From the NCBI GenBank assembly GCA_964458565.1, contig CAYWJO010000067.1, positions 1 to 12,690 on the forward strand: a DNA stretch of 12,690 nt, in the 5' to 3' direction. Position numbers and translations under genes: made by a program. Of the stretch, positions 1 to 6,594 are shown piece by piece. The notes below the pieces were generated by a model. That model ran no database searches. It was given only the letters and a program-made list of their open reading frames with translations, and was not told the DNA's origin. Source of the DNA: an uncultured archaeon. GTDB taxonomy: Archaea; Asgardarchaeota; Thorarchaeia; Thorarchaeales; Thorarchaeaceae. Within the stretch, counting starts at the first letter, position 1. Each line of letters starts with the position of its first letter.

Positions 1-589
1 GAAGTCAGATGGGTCAGTCGCAAAGATGGAATTGTATGGCTACGATTCAGGTACGGATACACTAATGGGAATCCTGTACATGATCCGTGACAATAATACG
101 CCAGTGGTGCAAAGTCCAGCTGACATCAGTAAGGAAGTAAGCGAAACTGGTTACGAAATAGTATGGACTGCATCGGACTTGAGTCCTGCTGCGTACATGA
201 TTTTCAAAGACGATATAGAAATCAACCGTGGCTTTTGGAACTCATCAGCAGAGGAATTCAGGGTAGATGTTGATGATTTGGGCATCGGTTCATACAATTA
301 TACTATTGTCCTATACGAAGCAAGTGGCTTGAGCATCAGTGATACTGTGATGGTTGAAGTCCTTGAGGATTCTACAACTACTGAAAACACCACACCACCA
401 ACTTCAACGATCGGTACTACAACTACTGAAAACACCACACCACCAACTTCAACGATCGGTACAACAACTACCACAACAACATCAGCAACACCGGATGGTT
501 TTGACCCATCACTGTTGATAATGATAGGTGCTATCGTTGGAGTGGTCATTGTCGTAGTCATCATTGTTGTGAAGATGAAGAAGTCCTGA
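1..589 (+). CDS. C-terminal part of a membrane-anchored cell-surface protein (Ig-like beta-sandwich, Thr/Pro-rich linker, C-terminal TM + basic tail); 5' end lies outside the window
   Basis: The frame is open from base 2 (KSDGSVAK) into the ORF-track ATG at 26. Ig-like segment (DNNTPVVQSPADI...IVWTASDLSP...Y.I...GSYNYTIVLYEASG...SDTVMVEV), then a Thr-rich linker, hydrophobic LLIMIGAIVGVVIVVVIIVV and KMKKS-stop. Confidence 0.85.
   Translation, partial: KSDGSVAKMELYGYDSGTDTLMGILYMIRDNNTPVVQSPADISKEVSETGYEIVWTASDLSPAAYMIFKDDIEINRGFWNSSAEEFRVDVDDLGIGSYNYTIVLYEASGLSISDTVMVEVLEDSTTTENTTPPTSTIGTTTTENTTPPTSTIGTTTTTTTSATPDGFDPSLLIMIGAIVGVVIVVVIIVVKMKKS
372..462 (+). repeat. Perfect 45-bp tandem duplication in the Thr-rich linker (TTENTTPPTSTIG.. 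x2)
   Basis: ctacaactactgaaaacaccacaccaccaacttcaacgatcggta occurs at 372-416 and 417-461 with no mismatch. Confidence 0.95.
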
Positions 590-606
590 GATATTAGACA
601 ATTGAG

Positions 607-632
607 AGCTAGCAGGTTGCAATCTGCTAGCT
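607..632 (+). terminator. 26-bp near-perfect palindrome just after the surface-protein stop; probable terminator
   Basis: AGCTAGCAGGTTG/CAATCTGCTAGCT pairs at 12 of 13 positions, and the one mismatch is G-U on the + strand RNA. It starts 17 nt after the stop. Confidence 0.6.
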
Positions 633-760
633 TACCTATATCGTCAACCAATGTAATCACGGATTCCACGCAGACCTGTAGATCTCAGTGGAAGGACCCA
701 TTTCAACAATCGTATGCTGATAATGAAACACCCAGTGGGAAAGAGCTAGCACTTAACCAG

Positions 761-786
761 TGGGTTTCTTGATAAGAAGAAACCCA
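761..786. repeat. 10-bp-stem hairpin at the 5' edge of the TPR ORF
   Basis: TGGGTTTCTT-gataag-AAGAAACCCA is a perfect inverted repeat. Confidence 0.7.
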
Positions 787-800
787 GTCCCCATAAAGCT

Positions 801-1643
801 TTGAATTATGGAGAAGAAGGATATGCTATCTTCATAACACTTGGAGTTCAAACACACATAGCATATGCTGCAGATAATCTAGGTCATTTGCATGTAATTC
901 TTGGAGAATATGATCTAGCGAGAAATTTTTATGAGAGATCCTTTGAATTGTCAGCGGCTATTGATTCACGCCATGGCAAAACATGGATAGCGGCCTATAT
1001 GATACATCTGTATTGCGACCTCGAGGATGTATTGGGGGCTCGTGAGTGGGTAGTATGGGGTTCAGAAGAGGCAGGTAAGATTTTCAGTGAAACGGATTAT
1101 CCGCCCATTAATCTGGCAATCACCCGATATTTGATACTCAAGAATCACCTAGATGAAGCTCAAGAGAAGTTGAAAGTAGCGTATGCTTCACTTCTAAAGA
1201 GAGGCGCAGATTTCATGTTAGCAGAATATTACTATGTGCAAGGTCTGTATGAATCAGCCTTGGAAAATCATGAAGCGGCCATCTCAACCTTCAGAAACTC
1301 GCTTGACATCTATCAGCAGCTGAATCAACAAGGAGGAATAAATCGGGTTCTTCTAGCAATGACAAAGGTAGAGATTGCAATTGTTCGAAATAAAAAGAAA
1401 TTTACAGATACGATGAGTTTCAGTGTGTTTATGGACCAGCTGGAGCAGCATGCGAGAGAGAACAACTATCAAGGAATCCTCATGCAACATGCTCTTCTGA
1501 AGGCTGAGTACCAGACTGCGTTAGGTGAACACGATGCAGCACAACTCACTCTCAAGGATGCTTTAACGTTCACAGATTCGCTGGGAGTGAAGACACTTCG
1601 AAAGAGAATACTGGAAAGAATTCAACAACTAGAAAAAGAGTAG
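801..1643 (+). CDS. Tetratricopeptide-repeat (TPR) protein, probably 5'-truncated
   Basis: TPR helices (AYAADNLGHLHVILGEYDLARNFYERSFEL; AEYYYVQGLYESALENHEAAISTFRNSLDIY). It starts at TTG apparently mid-repeat (..HKALNYGEEG..), has no clear RBS, and has an in-frame TAG at 747-749. Confidence 0.75.
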   Translation: MNYGEEGYAIFITLGVQTHIAYAADNLGHLHVILGEYDLARNFYERSFELSAAIDSRHGKTWIAAYMIHLYCDLEDVLGAREWVVWGSEEAGKIFSETDYPPINLAITRYLILKNHLDEAQEKLKVAYASLLKRGADFMLAEYYYVQGLYESALENHEAAISTFRNSLDIYQQLNQQGGINRVLLAMTKVEIAIVRNKKKFTDTMSFSVFMDQLEQHARENNYQGILMQHALLKAEYQTALGEHDAAQLTLKDALTFTDSLGVKTLRKRILERIQQLEKE

Positions 1644-1646
1644 AAA

Positions 1647-1674
1647 GAGTCGGATGTTCTACAACACCCAACTC
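1647..1674 (-). terminator. Terminator-like hairpin belonging to the DUF35 3'-end remnant
   Basis: GAGTCGGATGTT-ctac-AACACCCAACTC. Both mismatches (1651/1670, 1654/1667) are C-A on + but G-U on the minus-strand RNA. A pyrimidine tract follows on the minus strand. Confidence 0.7.
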
Positions 1675-1685
1675 ATTAGTCATTA

Positions 1686-1761
1686 TTACTTCATCGACTT
1701 GACCCATTCGTAGACTGGTTGGCATAGTTCCTTAATACGTTCTTTCTCCTTGTTCATGGGT
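1686..1761 (-). pseudogene. Remnant of the last 24 codons + stop of a DUF35 OB-fold gene (PMNKEKERIKELCQPVYEWVKSMK*)
   Basis: Aligns without gaps to 6595-6670 (PMNEEKERIKELCQPVFEWVKSMK*). By hand, 64/76 nt are identical and 10 of the 12 differences are synonymous or stop-to-stop. Confidence 0.93.
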
Positions 1762-1782
1762 GAATTTGTGAACGGACACTCG

Positions 1783-1801
1783 TCTTTTTTTGAAAAAAAG
1801 A
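1783..1801. repeat. T7-G-A7 palindrome; possible bidirectional oligo(T) terminator
   Basis: TCTTTTTTT-G-AAAAAAAGA has perfect 9-bp arms around one base. Confidence 0.5.
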
Positions 1802-1910
1802 AAGTTGACATGATACACTCCAGAGTTGTGTTCTGTCTCTTTACCAAATTCCTATTTAATAATCATATAATTAATATGCCAAGAATAAATCTACACCATT
1901 GGTGGTATAC

Positions 1911-3308
1911 GTGGTTAGTGTACGAACTATATTACTGATAGGAGTATTATTTTGCTCCATATCATTCGGGATTTCTGGAATTCGTTTCTCACATTCAGAA
2001 TCAGAAGTAGTCCAGGGGGATTTAATTCTATGTGAGTTGCCTGAGATGGCAAGATTCCAGATAGATGAGAACAGTGACTTCACATCGCTAGGATTCCCAG
2101 GTTCTGGGACGGCAGGTGATCCGTATCGGATAGAAGGAATTCACTTCACTGATGAGAGCTTCGATATGGAGTTCATCGTCATTAGTGGAACAACAGCACA
2201 CTTTGTGATACAGAACTGTGTATTTGATGGCACCTGCGAATGGGGTCTGAATGTGGAGAATATCGAGGCAGATACATGTACAATCCAACATAATGTGTTT
2301 ACTTCAGAGATTTACTACAGAAGTATTGAGGTCGAAATGGCAGATGGTTCCATCATCAAAAACAACACTTGTCAAACGGGTGTTGAGTATGGGATTCAGG
2401 TTGTAGACTCTTCCAATTGCGTTATCGAGGATAATGACTGCAGAGATATGCAATATGATGGAATAAGACTCTTGGATGGGTCAAATAATTGTGAAATTTC
2501 AAACAATCTGGTGTCTGGATGTACTAATGCCATAGATTGTCAAGATAGTGACTATGTTACAATACAAGGGCACGACGTTGATGGTTGTGACTGGGGTATT
2601 GTGATAAATAATTGTCAGCATTGCGTTATAACCGACAATGAGATTCATGATAGTCTGACTGATGGTATTAGAATCATAGCAACCGAGGGCGGAACTAATG
2701 ATATATCAGTTGATAACAATGAGATCTATCAGAACGGATGGTGTGGAGTTATAGTCACTAACAGTGATAACGTACAGATTACGAATAATATGATCCACAG
2801 CAATGACGAATTTGGAATCGATATTAATTATGATTCAATCTTTCTGATAACAGACAACCTAATTCAATCAAACGCTAATTATGGAGTGGTTGTCAATGGG
2901 TCGAGTAGCACTGGTGTAATCTATCATAATCAGTTCAAGTTCAACACGGATGGTTCGAAACCACAAGGAAATGACGTTTATAACTCTGGCACATGGTATA
3001 ATCCAACAGTCAACAGAGGAAACTATTGGTCAGACTGGGATGGCACGGGCGAGTATGAACTAGCAGGACATCCTAGTGCAAGTGATCCGTATCCGCTTTC
3101 TGGTTTTACTACAACACCCTCAACAGAATCAACCTCAGCTCCTACATCAGCTCCTACAGAAACTACCACATCTGAAATGTCTTCAGAAACCCAAACAGAA
3201 CCCACGGCACCAGGTCTGATGGACTTCCTCACTGATAACATCTTGATTATTGGTGGTGGTATCGGGATTATAATAGTAATAATAATCGTAGTCCGATTGA
3301 AACGATAA
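1911..3308 (+). CDS. Secreted, membrane-anchored right-handed parallel beta-helix (NosD/CASH-like) protein
   Basis: N-terminal hydrophobic signal, FPGSGTAGDPYRIEG cap, many GI.(L/I)..S.N..I.NN repeats, GNYWSDW...DPYPL end motif, Ser/Thr linker, then TM + RLKR. GTG 1911 is preferred over TTG 1899 because GGTGG sits at 1901-1905. AT-rich TATA-like region at 1853-1876. Confidence 0.9.
   Translation: MVSVRTILLIGVLFCSISFGISGIRFSHSESEVVQGDLILCELPEMARFQIDENSDFTSLGFPGSGTAGDPYRIEGIHFTDESFDMEFIVISGTTAHFVIQNCVFDGTCEWGLNVENIEADTCTIQHNVFTSEIYYRSIEVEMADGSIIKNNTCQTGVEYGIQVVDSSNCVIEDNDCRDMQYDGIRLLDGSNNCEISNNLVSGCTNAIDCQDSDYVTIQGHDVDGCDWGIVINNCQHCVITDNEIHDSLTDGIRIIATEGGTNDISVDNNEIYQNGWCGVIVTNSDNVQITNNMIHSNDEFGIDINYDSIFLITDNLIQSNANYGVVVNGSSSTGVIYHNQFKFNTDGSKPQGNDVYNSGTWYNPTVNRGNYWSDWDGTGEYELAGHPSASDPYPLSGFTTTPSTESTSAPTSAPTETTTSEMSSETQTEPTAPGLMDFLTDNILIIGGGIGIIIVIIIVVRLKR
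3135..3158 (+). repeat. 12-bp tandem repeat in the linker (SAPT x2)
   Basis: TCAGCTCCTACA occurs twice in tandem. Confidence 0.85.
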
Positions 3309-3321
3309 TATCATAGGAGAA

Positions 3322-3348
3322 GAGCCAGTGGATTATACCTACTGGCTC
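3322..3348. terminator. Hairpin after the beta-helix gene
   Basis: GAGCCAGT...ACTGGCTC forms an 8-bp stem 13 nt after the stop. Confidence 0.6.
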
Positions 3349-3426
3349 AATTCTCATTCTGGTGTTTACTCATCGTCTACTCCTAGAATAACAACCGTTA
3401 CTGAGGACATATTCTAAACCTCGCTC

Positions 3427-3591
3427 TTGAAGACTACAGGGGAGAATGGAATATTATCACAAGAATGGATTGTATCTTTATGTTCAGAATGTCATGTGGC
3501 AACAGGTAACCAAGAAAGTTTGATCAAGATGCCAATTGCTCCAGATGGTACTGACCAGTCTACCTTGGACGAATACATTGACGATGATTTA
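3427..3591 (+). pseudogene. Possible C-terminal gene fragment with LCSECH and a PIP-box-like QSTLDEYI
   Basis: Motifs read in the ORF 3427..3696 frame. Beyond 3591 the frame reads through an A10 run and a hairpin and overlaps the opposite-strand gene. In-frame TAA at 3415-3417. Confidence 0.35.
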
Positions 3592-3605
3592 AAAAAAAAA
3601 GAGAA

Positions 3606-3632
3606 AGAGTTGGTTGCAGTTTCACAACCAAC
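3606..3632 (-). terminator. Hairpin terminator of the esterase/membrane-protein operon; direct repeat of 5533-5558
   Basis: GTTGGTTG-cagtttca-CAACCAAC is followed on the minus strand by CTCTTTCTC-T10. It is 25/26 identical to 5533-5558. Confidence 0.8.
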
Positions 3633-3646
3633 CGCAGCAAGTAACT

Positions 3647-4090
3647 CTACAACTCTTCTCGCCAGACTTCATCGATTAGCAGCAAATGATAAGTGATAGA
3701 TGAAAAACAAGTTCCAAAACTGGCTTGCATAATATATCCAATCACAGCAATAATCATGATATCTTTTCCAAGAAAATAGAAAGATGAAATATATGAGCCC
3801 CCAACTATTGACAGAAATGAGAATATCATAACTAACAATGTGACATATGAAAATCTATGAAGAATCCATCCAACTCTATTATTCCTGTCGACCAATTGCA
3901 GGACTATCAGGATCTGAAATAGCTCTAGAATGGATCCAAGGACGATTGCAAAAGATGCTATTGTCTGAATCAAAATACCATCAATGACACCAAGTATCGA
4001 CAAGAGAATACTCAATGATAGCACAAGAGAAGTCAGAAATGAGTATATTCTAAGAAAGGTGGATTCTTTGAAATGACGAAATACTTGCAA
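3647..4090 (-). CDS. Hypothetical four-TM membrane protein, likely co-transcribed with the esterase
   Basis: Four hydrophobic stretches. TTG start 5 nt after the esterase stop, with GGAGG (4100-4104) upstream. Confidence 0.7.
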   Translation of the reverse strand: MQVFRHFKESTFLRIYSFLTSLVLSLSILLSILGVIDGILIQTIASFAIVLGSILELFQILIVLQLVDRNNRVGWILHRFSYVTLLVMIFSFLSIVGGSYISSFYFLGKDIMIIAVIGYIMQASFGTCFSSITYHLLLIDEVWREEL

Positions 4091-4095
4091 TCATA

Positions 4096-5394
4096 TCAAC
4101 CTCCTTGTAATTCTAAGGCCATAAATCGTTCAATGTAATAAGTTGAGATTTGACCTCCAAAACCATAGAAATTATAGTCAAAGGCATGTCCGGCCCATGG
4201 AATGGTAATGAGAATGCATCTGTGCCCAAGACTATTCGCTAGTCGATAAAAACTCACTCCTTGACTCTCATAGTTTGCTAACCCATCCTTACTTCCATGT
4301 ACAATCATGATTGGTGGAACTACTGTGCTGTTTGAAATCAAATAAGAGGCACTTAGCTTTTTGTACTGCTCCGCGATTGGTAAGTTTCCCTCAACAAATG
4401 GATCAAAATAATCCCCATCTACTCTTGTGATGTTTGTTACGGGATATATCCAAATGCCACCTCTAATCGTCATATTGGTAGAGAAGTTCCCAGCAAATAG
4501 AGGATTCTTATACCCAAGTGTCACAAGTGATGCTAGATTACCCCCTGCGGACCTTCCTACAACGAAGACATTATCCATATCAGCTCTGTATTTCGAGCTG
4601 TTGAGTTCAAGCATCTTTGTGAAATATCCTACATTTTCAATCTGGTCTTCAATGTTGTAACTCCCATTATACGCAAAGAAAGAAGAACCCAGTGATGCAA
4701 ATAAAGAAAATACTCCGGATGCATCTTCTGGTAAGGTTGTGACATCCAAGAGACCGTATTGAATATCGAATACAGCATATCCCTTTGATGCAAAGTAATG
4801 ATTGAAGAGAGGGATGTTGGAACTTCCCTTATCACCTATAACCCATGCACCACCGTGAATCGCTATAATTACCGGAAATGGGCCCTCACCTTCTGGACAA
4901 TACCAATCAAACAAGAATCGATCTTGGCCATTATCGAGATACGGGATGTTGTACGCAACGTTGAATTTTGTTTCATCAATGGACATCCCAAACAAATTAT
5001 CAAAAACTGAATAGGAAACAGGCCGCATCATTGAGGGATCTAGATTAGTGTATCTTGCTCCATAAACTGACATCATTTGATTCTCTGCTTCAGCTATACT
5101 CATCGGTATCGCAGGATATGGGATGATTGCGCCAATGAAAATGAATGTACAAATTCCCGATACGATTAACATCTCTCTCCGTTTTCCCATAAAGGAGAAA
5201 CGAATAATGAGCACTCCACTTGTCAGGACTAGAAGGAAAAGTAGTGGTGCAACACTAGGATAAATCATAGCAATAATCCAACCGAGTGTCGAGGAGTCAA
5301 AGAAAAGGTAGAGTACTGTAATAAATCCAAAAATCCCTATACAAACATAACTTAGAAGAAGTAAGATATATCGACGCATCTGTTTGCCATTCAT
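4096..5394 (-). CDS. Membrane-anchored alpha/beta-hydrolase (HSL-like / BD-FAE-like carboxylesterase)
   Basis: Three N-terminal TM helices, oxyanion motif HGGAW, nucleophile elbow GRSAG, acid in HGSKD and His in WAGHAF. Confidence 0.92.
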   Translation of the reverse strand: MNGKQMRRYILLLLSYVCIGIFGFITVLYLFFDSSTLGWIIAMIYPSVAPLLFLLVLTSGVLIIRFSFMGKRREMLIVSGICTFIFIGAIIPYPAIPMSIAEAENQMMSVYGARYTNLDPSMMRPVSYSVFDNLFGMSIDETKFNVAYNIPYLDNGQDRFLFDWYCPEGEGPFPVIIAIHGGAWVIGDKGSSNIPLFNHYFASKGYAVFDIQYGLLDVTTLPEDASGVFSLFASLGSSFFAYNGSYNIEDQIENVGYFTKMLELNSSKYRADMDNVFVVGRSAGGNLASLVTLGYKNPLFAGNFSTNMTIRGGIWIYPVTNITRVDGDYFDPFVEGNLPIAEQYKKLSASYLISNSTVVPPIMIVHGSKDGLANYESQGVSFYRLANSLGHRCILITIPWAGHAFDYNFYGFGGQISTYYIERFMALELQGG

Positions 5395-5532
5395 TTTTCT
5401 CGCCTATCAGTCTTAGACTTAGAGTAAGGTTCCATTATTTAAATTCTCATTGCACTGAATCAAAAACCTCAGGAACTGATTAACAATACTAGATTATTGT
5501 GTTAATCATGAAGTTGATGAAGAAAAATGAGG

Positions 5533-5558
5533 AGAGTTGGTTGCGGTTTCACAACCAA
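5533..5558 (-). terminator. Orphan minus-strand terminator hairpin following the short DUF35 remnant
   Basis: AGAGTTGGTTGCGGTTTCACAACCAA, followed on the minus strand by CCTCATTTTTCTT. No intact minus-strand gene ends here. Confidence 0.7.
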
Positions 5559-5564
5559 TTTCAT

Positions 5565-5580
5565 AGATTTATTTCATTGA
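5565..5580 (-). pseudogene. Short remnant of the DUF35 gene end (TCA ATG AAA TAA = S-M-K-stop) plus 3' UTR
   Basis: agatttatttcattga (5565-5580) matches agatctatttcattga (6591-6606) at 15/16. ttcat and a related hairpin follow in both copies. Confidence 0.7.
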
Positions 5581-5657
5581 CATGTGAACTGCTGAATTCG
5601 GATAGATGGAAAGAAGAAGCAGTTGGACGAAAAATGAAATTCTTCGATTTACATTGT

Positions 5658-5670
5658 CCGAAATATTAAT
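5658..5670 (+). promoter_or_regulatory. Putative BRE-TATA promoter of the methyltransferase
   Basis: CCGAAA-TATTAAT lies about 40 nt upstream of TTG 5709. Confidence 0.45.
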
Positions 5671-5708
5671 GTCTAGGAAGAATCCAGAATCTCTCGAGGC
5701 AACCTGAG

Positions 5709-6494
5709 TTGATAGCAGACTTACCTGATGGCCTTAGAGCATCTGGTACAATCGAAGTCAGAGAAAAACTCGGAACTATCTCTGGTGGAGATATACTCGA
5801 TGTAGGCACACAAGAGGGTGACTTCATTAACACGTTGATGAAAACTCTGAGAGGATACAATTCATTCGTAGGAATAGACATCTCTGCAGATGATTTGAAT
5901 AAGGCAAGAGAGAAATTCAAAGACGCTCCAGTGGATTTGATGGAAATGAATGCTGAAACGATGTCATTTCCAGACAATCATTTTGATACAGTGTGTATCT
6001 CATACTCAATCCATCACCTGGAGAATATTGACACTGTACTAGCTGAGATGTATCGCGTGTTGAAACCCGGAGGTAATTTCATCATCCAAGAATTGTATTC
6101 TGATGGAGAACAGACGGAAGCTCAGCGATTGGCCAGGGATGTGCATAATCTCAATATAAAGATCGACACCATCTTAGGCATCCCTCATTTCGAGGCCTTA
6201 ACTTGTCAGAGATTGAAAGACGCAGTTGACAAGGTTGGTCTGAGTGCTGTCGAGATATATGAGTCATCATGGTCTGTCAAATGCTTATTCTGTGAGGATG
6301 CATTCGATTGCGAAAAACCACTCAGAAAGGAGAATATCGACCGTGTAATAAAGGATATTGATACTGATCTGGCTCGAATAATTGATCATCCGTCTTATGA
6401 TGAATTAAGGAAAGAGGGAGAATCAATCAAAGAGAGAGTCAAAGTTACAGGGTTTTCTGAAGCATCCCTGATGTATTTCTTCGGAATTAAGTAG
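5709..6494 (+). CDS. Class I SAM-dependent methyltransferase (UbiE/Methyltransf_11-like)
   Basis: Motif I ILDVGTQEG, then VGIDIS, MNAETMSFPDNHFDTV, SIHHL and EMYRVLKPGG. C-terminal CLFCEDAFDC. Confidence 0.9.
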   Translation: MIADLPDGLRASGTIEVREKLGTISGGDILDVGTQEGDFINTLMKTLRGYNSFVGIDISADDLNKAREKFKDAPVDLMEMNAETMSFPDNHFDTVCISYSIHHLENIDTVLAEMYRVLKPGGNFIIQELYSDGEQTEAQRLARDVHNLNIKIDTILGIPHFEALTCQRLKDAVDKVGLSAVEIYESSWSVKCLFCEDAFDCEKPLRKENIDRVIKDIDTDLARIIDHPSYDELRKEGESIKERVKVTGFSEASLMYFFGIK

Positions 6495-6552
6495 TGTCAA
6501 AACGAAATCCTAGGAAAAGATACCGAATTGAAATTTACTAAAAAATAAGAGA

Positions 6553-6580
6553 GAGCTGGAAAAAGATAGAGCTCCAGCTC
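6553..6580 (-). terminator. Terminator hairpin of the thiolase-DUF35 operon
   Basis: GAGCTGGA...TCCAGCTC forms an 8-bp stem 14 nt past the stop, followed on the minus strand by TCTCTTATTTTTT. Confidence 0.75.
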
Positions 6581-6594
6581 ATATTCATTAAGAT

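Noticed and set aside
372-462. 45-bp repeat as a CRISPR or DGR template/variable repeat
   Set aside because: It is an in-frame, spacerless, identical tandem copy. The DUF35 remnant differences are also at synonymous sites rather than adenine-specific, and no reverse transcriptase is present.
298-669. Minus-strand 123-aa Val-rich ORF (and 3023..3241)
   Set aside because: Antisense shadows of Thr-rich linkers in well-supported plus-strand genes.
657-720. Minus-strand peptide IVEMGPSTEIY resembling an ABC ATPase C-terminal segment
   Set aside because: Too short to distinguish from chance without a search.
1750-1938. 62-aa ORF
   Set aside because: It runs through the remnant junction, a T/A palindrome and the AT-rich promoter, with no protein-like features.
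3481-3495. CSECH as a heme-c attachment motif
   Set aside because: Single motif in a short fragment with no export signal or cytochrome context.
5493-5530. Plus-strand IIVLIMKLMKK resembling a decayed TM + basic tail
   Set aside because: An in-frame stop sits immediately upstream, and AT-rich DNA readily yields such peptides.
3606-5558. Hairpin repeats as integron attC sites or CRISPR repeats
   Set aside because: There are only two close copies, 1.9 kb apart and 26 nt long. The ends run GTT...AAC, the reverse of attC order, and no intI or cas gene is in the window.
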